Shown piece after piece: positions 27,225 to 38,396 of a DNA stretch of 64,000 nt (positions are counted from its first letter, which is position 1; every line of letters begins with the position of its first letter). This DNA comes from Bdellovibrionota bacterium. GTDB lineage: Bacteria; Bdellovibrionota_G; JALEGL01; DATDPG01. The stretch lies in NCBI GenBank assembly GCA_963668355.1, contig OY764265.1:1440001-1504000 (forward strand). Direction: 5' to 3'. The position numbers and the translations under genes were made by a program. The notes under the pieces are model-generated. The model was not told the DNA's origin. It ran no database searches and saw nothing but the letters and a program-made list of their open reading frames with translations.

Positions 27225-27637
27225 TATTTGGCCTCGAGTCCTGGAGTGAGGCGGTCTTCATAGCGAGAAGCACATTTAGCCAAAATGTGCTGCGCATTGA
27301 CATGGCCCCTGCGATCTAATTTTCCCGTGGCCACCACTTCCGCTTCGTCTTTGAAGGTGTCCGGAAGGGCTCCCCGATACGAAACAAACACGGAGTCGCT
27401 TCCGGTTTCGAGCGTAAAGCCAACCTCAAGGTCTCCTGTTTTCCGGACGATGGAGCCCGGCTTTACTTTTCCAGCAACTTTGAGGTCCTTGCCAAGGAGA
27501 TCCATCTCCTGAGACTTCAACTCACTGACGGTCACATAGTATTGGAATGAGCTGGGAAGAAGTGTTGCCGTGACGATTCCGATGCCCACGAGAATCAGAA
27601 TCCCTCCGATTAAATATTTGGTTTTTCGTATGATCAT
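27224..27637 (-). CDS. ccmE: Heme chaperone CcmE, CxxxY variant
   Basis: YRGALPDTFK, VVATG, LAKCASRY (Cys in place of the His of HxxxY). Confidence 0.9.
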   Translation of the reverse strand: MIIRKTKYLIGGILILVGIGIVTATLLPSSFQYYVTVSELKSQEMDLLGKDLKVAGKVKPGSIVRKTGDLEVGFTLETGSDSVFVSYRGALPDTFKDEAEVVATGKLDRRGHVNAQHILAKCASRYEDRLTPGLEAK

Positions 27638-28761
27638 GATGACTTGCGCAGGTGGGTTACCAGTTTTCTAAGGATTCGAACAGCCCCTATCACGTCCTCT
27701 TCTTGAGTGCTCCAACCCAGCGAGAATCGAAGCGCTGAGCGTGCCTTGGCTTCGGGCCAGCCCATACTTAAGAGAACTGGAGAGGCTGAAAGGGATCCCG
27801 AGGAACATGCGGAGCCCATGGATGCTTCCAGGCCTTCCAGGTCTGCGGCCATCATGAGCGACTCCCCATCCACGCCTTCAAATTGAATATGGGACGTATT
27901 TATCAGACGTGGCAGGCCTTTTCCGGTGATGTGGATGTCAGAAAGGGTTTGGGCCAACTCCTCCTCAAACTGGGTGCGAAATTGTTCGATGCGTTTCGCC
28001 TCTTCGGAGCCGCTTTCCATCAAGTACTCACAGGCAGCTGCCAAGCCGAGAATTCCCAGAAGGTTTTCGGTCCCTGTTCGAAGGCCCTTTTCTTGGCCCC
28101 CTCCGGACCAGTGAGGGTGGAACGGGATGCCTTTCGGCACGGCCAATGCTCCCACTCCGGCCGGAGCCCCAAGTTTGTGGCTTGAAAGAGAGAGAAGGTC
28201 GATGGAAGACGTATCCAGCGAGGACTTTCCGAACGCTTGAACGGCATCGCTGTGGACGACCACATCCTTCTCTTTTGCGAAAGCAAAGAGGGTGGCGTTT
28301 CCGTATAAAAGACCGGTTTCATTATTGGCATATTGAAGAGAGAGGAAATCGGGCTTTTTCTCCAAAAGGCGTAGGGCGGAAGCTTCGTCCAGGGCTCCTT
28401 GCGAAGTTAAGGGCAAGAAGGTGAGGCTCCCCCCAGCCTGTTCCAGGGCTTTGGCGGCCTGAAGGACGGAGGGGTGTTCCACCGGAAGCGTACACGCAGT
28501 TTTTTGAGGGGTTTGAAATGCCCTCCAAGCCAGGTGGTTGGCTTCGGTACCTCCGGAAGTGAAAATGATTTCTCCAGGAGGACGATTCATGAATCGAGCC
28601 ACAGTTTCACGGGCTCGATCCAGCGCGGAGCGCGCCTTTCTTCCGGTTCCGTGTGTGGAAGAAGGGTTTCCAAGGCCCTCCTCCAAGGCCTTCTGCAGAG
28701 CCTCTTTGACAAAGGGGCGCAGGGGAGAGGAGGCGTTGTGGTCAAAGTAGATTCTTTTCAT
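27634..28761 (-). CDS. Cysteine desulfurase (IscS/NifS family)
   Basis: YFDHNASSP, FTSGGTEAN, SDAVQA, SSHKLG, GSACSS. Confidence 0.9.
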   Translation of the reverse strand: MKRIYFDHNASSPLRPFVKEALQKALEEGLGNPSSTHGTGRKARSALDRARETVARFMNRPPGEIIFTSGGTEANHLAWRAFQTPQKTACTLPVEHPSVLQAAKALEQAGGSLTFLPLTSQGALDEASALRLLEKKPDFLSLQYANNETGLLYGNATLFAFAKEKDVVVHSDAVQAFGKSSLDTSSIDLLSLSSHKLGAPAGVGALAVPKGIPFHPHWSGGGQEKGLRTGTENLLGILGLAAACEYLMESGSEEAKRIEQFRTQFEEELAQTLSDIHITGKGLPRLINTSHIQFEGVDGESLMMAADLEGLEASMGSACSSGSLSASPVLLSMGWPEAKARSALRFSLGWSTQEEDVIGAVRILRKLVTHLRKSS

Positions 28762-28816
28762 ACGGGGAAGGCTGGACATGACAGAGAACAGATTTTTCGT
28801 CAACGCCTGAGCGGGT

Positions 28817-30973
28817 TTAGTGAAACGGGGCTACAATTTTAACGACCATGCTTCGGGTTTGAGCCGAGAAGTCTTGGTCATCTCGCTCTTCGCTATGGAC
28901 GAGAAAAAGGTCACTCATGGGGGCAAATCGCCATCGATAACGATACTGAACGACCACTTTCCCATTCACTTCATTCCAAGAGGCGTTGAGATCGATGTAC
29001 ATTTTTGTATTTAGAGAATAGCTCGCCGCCCCATTGATCACGGAAGAGGAGTAGTGGGTATCGAGATGCGGGAGGTCGATCATATTGAAACTTGCGGAGG
29101 CATTCAGATACAAGCCTGTTTTGGGTCGCACCGTAACGGAAGGGGAAATCGTTTGGCGTCTTCCTCCGAAAAAACCCATTTGCCGAAGCGTAAGGCCAGC
29201 TTGAATGTTCTGATAGTCCGGTGAAGAGGCGGATACCTGAACTCCCCGTTCAGAATACCTGCCCTGGGGAATGGTGACTCGATTTTGCAATTCGAAGGGT
29301 TCCAGGACCTCATCGGTGGAATGGAGTCCGCGAATTGAAGCGGTGTATCCGGAATTCGTATTGACCTGAATGCCCTCCTCCCCCGAAGCGTCCAATAGCC
29401 GATTGGCGGAACCGTTTAGAAAGAACGTATTGTTGGCGAAGAGCAAAATTTCGTCGATTCCTTTTTCGGGGAGTCGGATGCTTCGCTGAAGATTAAACGT
29501 CTCCTGGAGAATGTCTTTTCGTTTGATGAATCCAACCTCAGGGTTGAAGTCCTCACTCACATACATGGACGTGTGAGCCAATTTCCAAAGTGGGGGTGTC
29601 CACAACACGTGAAGAAACGCGGAAGCCCCCGTTTGGGCATTTTCATTCGGATTGTGTGCGTCGGATCGAGAAAACGCCAAAAAAGGAGCGATTTTCAGTC
29701 GACCATCCTGGGACAAGTAGGTGAGATCCACTCCAGCGCCGATGTTTTTTTCAGGAGATCCGGATGTGTTCTGGCGATACGTGACCATGCCTCCAACATT
29801 GGTCTGTTCTCCCAGGCGACGCCGAAGTCGGCCCACGGTAAAGTTGCGATCCGGAACCTCGTCTTTGGCTTCGGTTTGAATGTTTAATACCCCAAATTCA
29901 TTCGACCCCACTGTTCCGTAAGATCGTATGCCTCCGAGAATGGGAATGGGGCTTCCGTTCTCCAAGCCGACGCGTCGGCTGAAAAAAAGTTGGTTGTTTC
30001 CCTGGGCGCCGAAGTCAAAGAATTGTGTTCCTTCCAGAAAAAACCGTCGCTTTTCGGGATAGAACAAATCAAACCGATTGAAGTTCAATTGAGACTGGTC
30101 GATGTCGACCTGGGAAAAGTCTGTGTTGTAGGTTCCTTTGACGACCGCATTTCGGCTCAGGGGAATCTTGATGTCGAGGCCTAGATCTGTGAAAGAATCG
30201 GCGTTCGATTCGGTTTCTCGGTAGCCCGCTGAGAGGGATGGCGTGAACGTGATGTTTCTTTTGGGTTTTTGTGGCAGAGGAATGCGTTCTACATGACCAA
30301 AATAATTGGTTTGCAAGCCTCCAAAAGGAGGAGGAATTTCGGCCCAATCAAACTCCTCGGTCTTTCGTGAAATTCTGCGTGTGATGTTGAGTCCAAAAAG
30401 GGGACCGTTGTCCGGATCATAGGAAAAAGATGAAAAAGGAATGCGAAATTCTGCCACCCAACCGCTAGAGTCGATTCTCACCCCGACATCCCAGGCCGCA
30501 TCCCACTCACTCAAAAACTGCGCACCGTTGTCCAGAACAATGGCGTCGTAAGCGGCTCCTCTGGGCGTGACAGCAAAGTAGTACACGGTTCGGTGGTCAT
30601 GAGCAGAGTCGATCTTGATGGCGATGAAGTCGTCCGAAAACAACCGACCCGAATCAAAGCGTCGCGTTCGAGCCGTGATTTTTTCCGGTTCGGAATCGTA
30701 TGCATGCACAGCGATGTAGAAGGCTTCTTGATCAAATAGAAGTTGGAATTCCGTCTTTTCGGTCGCAGGCTCTCCCACGAAAGGCTCTCGTTGGATGAAA
30801 CCGGAAAAAATGGGCGCCTGTTCCCAACTTTCTTCGTTTAGGTATCCATCCAAAGAAATCGCCGAGATTTTGGGCGTGGCTCGGGCCAAAGGGGGAATGA
30901 GTTCTTTGGCCGAGGCCGAAGCACTCCATACCCATAATAAGACCCAAACTGCTCTCTTCATCCGGCTCATCAC
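28817..30973 (-). CDS. CBM9-like/DUF5916 outer-membrane-associated protein
   Basis: LDGYLNEESW, GWVAEFRIPF, NTDFSQVDID, FYPEKRRFFLEG, LFFSRRVG. Confidence 0.8.
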   Translation of the reverse strand: MMSRMKRAVWVLLWVWSASASAKELIPPLARATPKISAISLDGYLNEESWEQAPIFSGFIQREPFVGEPATEKTEFQLLFDQEAFYIAVHAYDSEPEKITARTRRFDSGRLFSDDFIAIKIDSAHDHRTVYYFAVTPRGAAYDAIVLDNGAQFLSEWDAAWDVGVRIDSSGWVAEFRIPFSSFSYDPDNGPLFGLNITRRISRKTEEFDWAEIPPPFGGLQTNYFGHVERIPLPQKPKRNITFTPSLSAGYRETESNADSFTDLGLDIKIPLSRNAVVKGTYNTDFSQVDIDQSQLNFNRFDLFYPEKRRFFLEGTQFFDFGAQGNNQLFFSRRVGLENGSPIPILGGIRSYGTVGSNEFGVLNIQTEAKDEVPDRNFTVGRLRRRLGEQTNVGGMVTYRQNTSGSPEKNIGAGVDLTYLSQDGRLKIAPFLAFSRSDAHNPNENAQTGASAFLHVLWTPPLWKLAHTSMYVSEDFNPEVGFIKRKDILQETFNLQRSIRLPEKGIDEILLFANNTFFLNGSANRLLDASGEEGIQVNTNSGYTASIRGLHSTDEVLEPFELQNRVTIPQGRYSERGVQVSASSPDYQNIQAGLTLRQMGFFGGRRQTISPSVTVRPKTGLYLNASASFNMIDLPHLDTHYSSSVINGAASYSLNTKMYIDLNASWNEVNGKVVVQYRYRWRFAPMSDLFLVHSEERDDQDFSAQTRSMVVKIVAPFH

Positions 30974-31255
30974 GTTCCTTGCGTCGGCGTTTTAACCCGA
31001 ATGCTGCACCGGGTCAACGCGGCATGTCGGTTTATAACCATATAAAAACAAAGGAATTTCTTTTGATCCGGCCAGGCCTTGAAAAATATGCGTAATAGCT
31101 TTTGCAGAGTGCTGATTCAATGCGAGGGATGAGAGGGGGCTTTTGGAGGAAGGTGCCTAAAAAGTGAAATTATTTTAAAGGCTTATGAAAAGGGGTTTTT
31201 GAATTCTTCCTGGTACACAATTCGCACCTTCGGACAAGAAGCGAGAGGGAGACCT

Positions 31256-32449
31256 ATGGATCGAAAACTGGAATTGATATCGTTGTCCGAAGGGGAAGTT
31301 CAAGATTCGGTATGCCATTTGTTACCGGAAATCGCGAACTCAGATGCGGAAGTTGTGAACTCGGCCCTTCGTAGTTTGGTGGCGCTTCATGGAGCGCAAG
31401 CGTATGCCACGTTGTTTCGAGTTCTGTTTCATTTAAATTTGACCTCCCAAGAAGCTGAAATTCATTGGGCGCGAATGCTTGGACATCATCAAATGTTTCA
31501 GCGGCGTTTGGGGGCCGATGTTGATTTTCGGGTGTCCTCTTTGGATTATTTAACCCGCGTGTCGGGGCTTTTGATGAATCCAATGGTCATGGAAAACGCT
31601 CAACTGGAAAAACTTAAAAACGAAACCATTACGGATGAACTCACCCGTTTGTTCAATCGCAGGTATTTCAATCAGGTATTGCTGCGCGAATACAAGAGCT
31701 CCAAAAGACATCATTCTCCCTTTTCATTGATCCTCTTGGATGTGGATCATTTCAAAACGTTGAATGACCGCTTTGGACATCGAATGGGGGATACCATTCT
31801 CCGGCAAGTGGGTGAAGTCATTCGAAAAGCAGTGAGAGAAGTGGATTACCCGTGTCGATATGGAGGAGAAGAGTTTGCTGTGATTGCGCCGAGAACGGAA
31901 CAAAAAGGCGGAAAGGTCTTGGCTCAGAGAATTCGAAAAGGTGTGGAAAATTTGAGGTTTCCCAAAGTGGGTGGGGTTCAACCCAAGGTTACGCTCAGCG
32001 GAGGGTTGGTTTCCTGGCCGGAGGACGCCAGCTCTTTGGAAGGTTTGATTCAAAACGCCGATGCTGCGTTGTACAAAGCCAAAGGAAACGGACGAAACCG
32101 AATTGAAGTTCATGGAGGAGAGCGGCGACAGAGTCGGCGTGTAAAAGGGGAATTCATGACCATCTGTTCGATCCTTCCTCAAGTTCGACAAATTGCTTTT
32201 ACAGAAGACTTAAGTGTCGGAGGGTTTGGACTCAAAGCAAGTAACCCCATGGCTCCGGGAAGCACCTTGGAATTTGAGCTTTCGTTGGAAAACGAAAAGC
32301 CTCTTCATGCCTTTGGACAAGTTCGCTATCTGGAAGAAAACCCAAAAACCGGAGACTTTAAATATGGGGTGTCCATTGTCCGAATGTGCGCGCCGGATCG
32401 CGCGAACTACCGTGGTTTCTTGGCGAATCTGATGCCTCGGAAGTTTTAA
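31256..32449 (+). CDS. Diguanylate cyclase with C-terminal PilZ domain
   Basis: DELTRLFNRR, DVDHFK, RxxD I-site (REVD), GGEEF; PilZ motifs RRQSRR and DLSVGG. Confidence 0.9.
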   Translation: MDRKLELISLSEGEVQDSVCHLLPEIANSDAEVVNSALRSLVALHGAQAYATLFRVLFHLNLTSQEAEIHWARMLGHHQMFQRRLGADVDFRVSSLDYLTRVSGLLMNPMVMENAQLEKLKNETITDELTRLFNRRYFNQVLLREYKSSKRHHSPFSLILLDVDHFKTLNDRFGHRMGDTILRQVGEVIRKAVREVDYPCRYGGEEFAVIAPRTEQKGGKVLAQRIRKGVENLRFPKVGGVQPKVTLSGGLVSWPEDASSLEGLIQNADAALYKAKGNGRNRIEVHGGERRQSRRVKGEFMTICSILPQVRQIAFTEDLSVGGFGLKASNPMAPGSTLEFELSLENEKPLHAFGQVRYLEENPKTGDFKYGVSIVRMCAPDRANYRGFLANLMPRKF

Positions 32450-33183
32450 GTAAGTCGTTTCTCGATCACGGACCGGACTTTCTTGGAGAGTTCGGTGACA
32501 TTCATGTCAGATGAAACCGGAATGGGGTCTTCGAGATAGATTTTTAATGGTCCTGGATACATCACCCAATCATGTTTTCGCATGATTTCATAAGCTCCCA
32601 CGAAAACCATTGGGACGATCGTCGCTTCGGTTTGAACCGCCAAATGAAAAGCTCCTTTTTTGAAGGGTTGGAGCTTTCCATCATAGGATCGTGTTCCTTC
32701 TGGAACCACAACCACAGAAACCCCTTGTTCGAAGTATTCTTTGAGTCTCGCCAAAGATCGAATGGCAGAAGCCGTGTTTCCCCGTGGCGCGATGGGAACC
32801 AGCCCGACCTTTCGAGCCATCAGCCCATATACGGGCCAATTAAAATGATCTTCTCTCTCCACTCCCCGGACTTTTCTCTTGAGAGCGTAATACATAAAGA
32901 AGTGATCCAACATATTGATGTGATTGAAGACGATTAAATACGGTTTCTCCGGATCCAATTTTTCGAGACCTTCAACGCTCACCTTTACGCCCGTGCAAAA
33001 GACGAAAATTCGAATCATAAAATGAAGGAAGGGATCCAATTGAAGCGGTTTTAAGAACAAGCCCAGAATCAACACGCCCAAGGTCATCATGACCATTACG
33101 CTTCCACAAACGGCCCATAGAAAGACGGATCGAATTTTCGACCAAAGGGAATGGTGTCGATGCGGTCGCTCTTTCTGTGTCAT
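32446..33183 (-). CDS. plsC: 1-acyl-sn-glycerol-3-phosphate acyltransferase family
   Basis: NHINMLD (HxxxxD), [15 protein letters not shown]. Confidence 0.85.
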   Translation of the reverse strand: MTQKERPHRHHSLWSKIRSVFLWAVCGSVMVMMTLGVLILGLFLKPLQLDPFLHFMIRIFVFCTGVKVSVEGLEKLDPEKPYLIVFNHINMLDHFFMYYALKRKVRGVEREDHFNWPVYGLMARKVGLVPIAPRGNTASAIRSLARLKEYFEQGVSVVVVPEGTRSYDGKLQPFKKGAFHLAVQTEATIVPMVFVGAYEIMRKHDWVMYPGPLKIYLEDPIPVSSDMNVTELSKKVRSVIEKRLT

Positions 33184-36014
33184 GATAAGAGTCGTTTCAG
33201 ATATTGTCCTGTGTAAGATTTGGGTTCTCGGGCGATATCTTCCGGAGAGCCTTCAGCAATGATTCGGCCGCCTCGCTCACCACCTTCCGGACCGAGGTCA
33301 ATCACCCAGTCCGCTGTTTTGATGACGTCCAATTGGTGTTCAATGACGACCACCGTGTTTCCAGCATCCACGAGCTTATGTAAAACTTCGAGCAAATTTC
33401 GGATGTCTTCAAAATGTAATCCCGTGGTCGGTTCATCTAAAATATAAAGCGTTCTTCCGGTAGATCTCTTGGAAAGCTCCTTGGCCAATTTAATTCGTTG
33501 AGCTTCTCCTCCGGACAGGGTCGTTGCGGCTTGACCCAGGGTGATGTACCCGAGTCCGACTTCTCTCAATGTTTTGAGTTTTTCTCGGATGGATGGAACC
33601 CGTTCAAAAAACTCAGAAGCTTCTCGAACCGTCATGGAAAGCACGTCCGCAATTGATTTCCCACGATAGAGGACTTCCAAAGTTTCTCGATTGTAGCGAG
33701 CGCCGTGACAGGCCTCACAAGTGACAAAAATATCCGGAAGAAAATGCATTTCGATCTTAATCGTTCCATCTCCCGAACAGGTTTCGCATCGTCCTCCCTT
33801 TACATTGAAAGAGAAACGTCCGGGTTTGTAGCCTCGGGTTTTTGCCTCAGGAAGTTGGGAAAACAACTCTCGGATCGGCGTGAAGGCACCAATATACGTA
33901 GCCGGATTGGAGCGTGGTGTTCTACCGATCGGCGATTGGTCGATGTCGATGACTTTGTCGATATGTCGAAGTCCTTCGATTTTCTCGACTTCACCGGCAG
34001 GAACACGCGAATTTAAGAGGTGTTGTTTGAGGAGTGGAAAGAGTGTGTCGATCACAAGTGTCGATTTTCCAGAACCTGAAACCCCTGTGACGGCCACAAA
34101 ATTTCCCAGAGGTATGTTTACATCGATCGACTTGAGATTGTGCTCTCGGGCTCCCACAAGTTTTAAACTGACGTTATTCGAGTTTCTCCGTTGGGAAGGC
34201 ACGGGAATGCTCTTTCTTCCAGATAAATACTTTCCGGTTAAAGAGTTTGGATGATCAATGATGGCTTGGGGGGAGCCTTCTGCGACGATTTGGCCGCCAT
34301 GTCTTCCGGCTCCGGGCCCCAGGTCAATGACATGGTCTGCCTCTCGGATGGTGTCTTCGTCATGTTCGACCACCAAGACGGTATTTCCCATGTCTCGGAG
34401 ATGCTTTAGCGTGGACAATAAACGCTCGTTGTCTCTTTGGTGCAGGCCAATGGAAGGTTCATCCAAAATGTACAACACACCCATCAAGCCAGAGCCGATT
34501 TGCGTGGCCAGACGAATGCGCTGAGCCTCTCCTCCGGAAAGCGTTCCCGAAGTGCGGTTCAAATTCAAATAGTCCAAGCCCACATTGATGAGAAACGCCA
34601 ATCGCTGATTGATTTCCTTGAGGATCTTCTCGGCAATTTTCTGTTCATGTTCGGAAAGTTCCAAAGTTTGAAAGAAGGAAAAGGCTCGCGTAATCGTCAG
34701 TTCAGTGAGGTCCGCGATGTTCTGATCACCAACCTTGATGAAAAGAGACTCCTTTCGAAGCCTCTTTCCCTGGCAGCTTTCACAAGGAACGACACCCATG
34801 TACTTCTTTTCTAAGTCCTCCCGAAAATCATCGGATTCGCTTTCTCGATACCGTCTCATCAGACTTGGGATGACCCCTTCAAACACTTTTTCGTTCGTAT
34901 AACTGCTCTCTTCCATGTCGTAGCGAAAGCGGATCTTTTCCTTTTCGCTTCCATACAACACGATGTTCTGTGCTTTTTTGGAGAGCTTTTTCCAGGGAGC
35001 CCGCAAGTCAAAGTCAAAGTGATCGGCGAGCGCTTCCAAGGTTTGAAAATGGAAAAAAGACCATCGACTTTGCCAAGGGGCAATGGCCCCTTCTCGGAGA
35101 GACAAGGCTGGGTTGGGAACCACCAAGGAGGGGTCTAGAAACGTTTTTGTCCCCAGGCCTCCACAAGCTTCACAAGCCCCATACGGGTTGTTGAAAGAAA
35201 AAATTCGTGGCGTGATTTCGGGATACGAAACCCCACAGTCCGCACACGCAAAGTGCTCCGAAAACAAAATGTCCTTGGGCTTTTTTCCGAGAATGGTCGC
35301 TATGGCCAGTCCTTTTCCTGCGTGAAGCGCCGTTTCTACGGAGTCGGCCAAGCGTTTTCGAATCGTTTTCTTTACAATGAGACGATCCACAAAAACTTCA
35401 ATATTGTGTTTGTTGTTCTTGTTCAGTTCGATGCGTTCGCCCAATTCAAAAATTTCCCCGTTGACACGAACGCGCGTGAACCCATCTTTTTGAAGCTGCA
35501 ATAGCTCCTTTTGGTATTCTCCTTTTCGCCCGCGAACGATGGGGGCAAGGACGTGAACCTTTGTGCCTTCTTCAAAATCCATGATCTGGTCGACAATCTG
35601 TGAAGCCGACTGGGATTGAATGGGTTTTCCACATTCATAACAATGTGCGTGTCCGACTCGGGCAAACAAAAGCCGGAGATAGTCATAAATTTCTGTGACC
35701 GTACCCACCGTTGATCGGGGATTGCGAGAAGCGCTTCGTTGCTCGATGGATATAGCGGGAGAAAGGCCTTCAATGGATTCGATGTCGGGTTTTTCCATTT
35801 GCTCCAAAAACTGTCGTGCATATGCAGACAGAGACTCGACATATCGACGTTGTCCTTCGGCATAAATGGTGTCAAAGGCAAGAGACGATTTTCCGGATCC
35901 CGACAATCCGGTGATGACCACCAACTGATCCCGAGGGATCGTGACATCAATGTCTTTCAGGTTGTGTTGTCTTGCCCCTTTGACAACGATGGCTTTGGGC
36001 TCAGAGTTACCCAT
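33180..36014 (-). CDS. uvrA: Excinuclease ABC subunit A
   Basis: [36 protein letters not shown], two ABC cassettes and zinc fingers. Confidence 0.98.
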   Translation of the reverse strand: MGNSEPKAIVVKGARQHNLKDIDVTIPRDQLVVITGLSGSGKSSLAFDTIYAEGQRRYVESLSAYARQFLEQMEKPDIESIEGLSPAISIEQRSASRNPRSTVGTVTEIYDYLRLLFARVGHAHCYECGKPIQSQSASQIVDQIMDFEEGTKVHVLAPIVRGRKGEYQKELLQLQKDGFTRVRVNGEIFELGERIELNKNNKHNIEVFVDRLIVKKTIRKRLADSVETALHAGKGLAIATILGKKPKDILFSEHFACADCGVSYPEITPRIFSFNNPYGACEACGGLGTKTFLDPSLVVPNPALSLREGAIAPWQSRWSFFHFQTLEALADHFDFDLRAPWKKLSKKAQNIVLYGSEKEKIRFRYDMEESSYTNEKVFEGVIPSLMRRYRESESDDFREDLEKKYMGVVPCESCQGKRLRKESLFIKVGDQNIADLTELTITRAFSFFQTLELSEHEQKIAEKILKEINQRLAFLINVGLDYLNLNRTSGTLSGGEAQRIRLATQIGSGLMGVLYILDEPSIGLHQRDNERLLSTLKHLRDMGNTVLVVEHDEDTIREADHVIDLGPGAGRHGGQIVAEGSPQAIIDHPNSLTGKYLSGRKSIPVPSQRRNSNNVSLKLVGAREHNLKSIDVNIPLGNFVAVTGVSGSGKSTLVIDTLFPLLKQHLLNSRVPAGEVEKIEGLRHIDKVIDIDQSPIGRTPRSNPATYIGAFTPIRELFSQLPEAKTRGYKPGRFSFNVKGGRCETCSGDGTIKIEMHFLPDIFVTCEACHGARYNRETLEVLYRGKSIADVLSMTVREASEFFERVPSIREKLKTLREVGLGYITLGQAATTLSGGEAQRIKLAKELSKRSTGRTLYILDEPTTGLHFEDIRNLLEVLHKLVDAGNTVVVIEHQLDVIKTADWVIDLGPEGGERGGRIIAEGSPEDIAREPKSYTGQYLKRLLS

Positions 36015-37443
36015 TTTCTACAAAATTCCGAGCCGCTTGAACCATGGATTCACTGGCCTCAAGCGATTCTGTTTCCGCATAGAGCCGAAAGATTGGCTCT
36101 GTTCCGGACTTTCGAATGAGTAGCCAGCTTCCATCTTTGAGATAGAACTTGAATCCGTCCAGTGTGGATAGAACATCCACCTCTCGACCGTCCCACTCGC
36201 TGGGTGGGTTTTTGGTCAACTTCTCCATGGCCTTCTTGGCTTGGTTTTCCTCCAACTTGAGGTCCAAACGAACGAACTGATAGGGACGATATTCTTTGCA
36301 CAAGTCTTCATAGACTGCACGAAGACGTTTCCCGGTTTTGGCCATGACTTCAAGAAGAAGAAGACCCGTTAAGAAGCCATCTCGGTCGGGGATGTGATCC
36401 ATCATTCCAATTCCACCGGATTCTTCTCCTCCGATATCCGCTTTCCCGGCCAACATTTCCTCGGCAATATGTTTGAAGCCTACGGGAGTTTCGATACATT
36501 GCTTTCCAGCCTTTTCGGCAATCAAATCCACCATTCGTGTCGTGGATGCACTTCGCGAAATCGACCAACTTTTTCCGCGGTGTTTCAACATATGCCAATA
36601 CGCAACGGATAGAATCATTTGAGTGGTGAAGGGATTTCCATCTTCGTCTACGGCACCCAGTCGGTCACCATCTCCGTCGGGCGCGAGTCCGCAAGCGAGC
36701 TTATGGTCTTTCACGAGTTGACAAAGTTCAGGAAGGTTTTTTCCAATGGGCTCAGGCGCGACGCCACGAAATCCCGGGTTTTCTTCTGCGTGAATTTCTT
36801 CAACCTCGATTCCCAGAGAACGCAAAAAGTTGGCGTAATGTCCAGAGGCAGCCCCGTGCATGGCATCAATCCCAACCTTGGCTCCCAAGCCGCGAATGAG
36901 ATCCAAATCAATGTGCTCTTTCACCGCTTCTAAATATTCAGCCATGGGGTTGAAATGTTTAATTTTGCCTTGTTCAAAAAGGGCGTGAAATTCTTCGTGA
37001 GCAACGGCTTCGAAACCACTTTTTTGAAGTTCAACAATTCGGTTTTCAAATTTTTCGGTCAAGGCCGGTCTGGCGGAACCTCCAAAGGTTTCTTTGAACT
37101 TAAACCCATTCCAAGTGGGCGGGTTATGGCTTGCCGTGATCATGGTTGCGCCGACCACGCCGGGTTTGTTTTTGGCACACCACGCAATGGTGGGAGTTGG
37201 GAAAAACTGTTCCCCAATCCAAACTTCATATCCTTCTTTGGCATACGTTGCGGCGGCGACTTCCGCAAACGTGTTGGATAAAAAGCGTCGGTCATAACCA
37301 ATGACCATGATCTTTCGGTCCGGGAGTTCTTTTTTCATAACGTCGGCCACAGCCTTTGCCACAAAACTCACGCTTTCATACGTGTAGTCCTTTGCGATCA
37401 ATGCACGCCAACCATCGGTTCCAAATTTTACTGTTGTTTTCAT
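36007..37443 (-). CDS. Phosphoglucomutase/phosphomannomutase family protein
   Basis: FGTDGWR, TASHNP, DGDGDR, GGEESGG, RKSGTEP. Confidence 0.92.
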   Translation of the reverse strand: MKTTVKFGTDGWRALIAKDYTYESVSFVAKAVADVMKKELPDRKIMVIGYDRRFLSNTFAEVAAATYAKEGYEVWIGEQFFPTPTIAWCAKNKPGVVGATMITASHNPPTWNGFKFKETFGGSARPALTEKFENRIVELQKSGFEAVAHEEFHALFEQGKIKHFNPMAEYLEAVKEHIDLDLIRGLGAKVGIDAMHGAASGHYANFLRSLGIEVEEIHAEENPGFRGVAPEPIGKNLPELCQLVKDHKLACGLAPDGDGDRLGAVDEDGNPFTTQMILSVAYWHMLKHRGKSWSISRSASTTRMVDLIAEKAGKQCIETPVGFKHIAEEMLAGKADIGGEESGGIGMMDHIPDRDGFLTGLLLLEVMAKTGKRLRAVYEDLCKEYRPYQFVRLDLKLEENQAKKAMEKLTKNPPSEWDGREVDVLSTLDGFKFYLKDGSWLLIRKSGTEPIFRLYAETESLEASESMVQAARNFVENG

Positions 37444-38396
37444 GAGTTCAATCTCCCAGTTATTGCAATGTTGAGAGCCCGTTGAAAGCTCCGAAGTTCA
37501 AGATTCTGATTTCCGACGCGGTCATAAGCGACGCCATGTCCTGGAGAAGTACGAAGGAAGGGAAGTCCCAACGTGATGTTAACGACATGTTCCAATCCTG
37601 GATACTTCACCGCGACCAAACCCTGGTCATGGTAGGGCGAAATGATCACGTCCCACGTGCCTTTTCGCGCAAGTGCAAACAAAGTGTCTGCCGGAAAGGG
37701 GCCTTCCACTCGAAGTCCCTTTTTGGAAAGTTTTTCAATGACAGGAAAAAAAACCGTATTTTCTTCTGGGTGATCGGAAATTTCTCCAGCATGGGGATTC
37801 AGTGCGGCCACGGCGATTCGAGGATGCTCCACGCCAAAATGCTTTTGAAAATGCTTGGCCGTGGTGAGAATCGTGGATTCCAACCGTTCTTGGGTTACTG
37901 CGGACGAAACTTCCAAAAGAGGAATATGGTCAGTGACCATCGCAACACGAATTTCGCGATTGTCCATGAGCATGACCGTATTGGAACAGCCCACTTTTTC
38001 TTGAAGGTAGCCCGTGTGGCCCTGAAAATTCGGTAAAAGATTTCGGATCACGGATTTGTCCAAAGGAGCCGTGACCAAGGCGTCATGATGTCGATCCAGA
38101 CAACTTTGGATGCCACGATCCAAAGAGGCGATGACCATTTGGGCCCGATCCGCTGTCGTGGAAAATGTGCTTTTCTCTAATTCTTCAGAGACCTCGACGA
38201 ACGAAATCGAACGATCCAGCTGCTCCCAAGGTAGAGGAATATCCATTCTGTGTGCGATATGCGTGAACCAAGTTCGGCTTCCAAAAATCGATACTTCAAC
38301 GTCAGAGGGAAGATCCTCTCGGTTGAGCGTTCGAAGAATGAGTTCGGGGCCAATTCCCAGAGGCTCACCCATGGTTATGGCAATTTTCTTTCTCAA
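37440..38396 (-). CDS. pdxA: 4-hydroxythreonine-4-phosphate dehydrogenase
   Basis: TMGEPLGIGPE, GHT, LNPHAGE, ADTLF, YHDQG, RTSPGHG. Confidence 0.92.
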   Translation of the reverse strand: MRKKIAITMGEPLGIGPELILRTLNREDLPSDVEVSIFGSRTWFTHIAHRMDIPLPWEQLDRSISFVEVSEELEKSTFSTTADRAQMVIASLDRGIQSCLDRHHDALVTAPLDKSVIRNLLPNFQGHTGYLQEKVGCSNTVMLMDNREIRVAMVTDHIPLLEVSSAVTQERLESTILTTAKHFQKHFGVEHPRIAVAALNPHAGEISDHPEENTVFFPVIEKLSKKGLRVEGPFPADTLFALARKGTWDVIISPYHDQGLVAVKYPGLEHVVNITLGLPFLRTSPGHGVAYDRVGNQNLELRSFQRALNIAITGRLNS

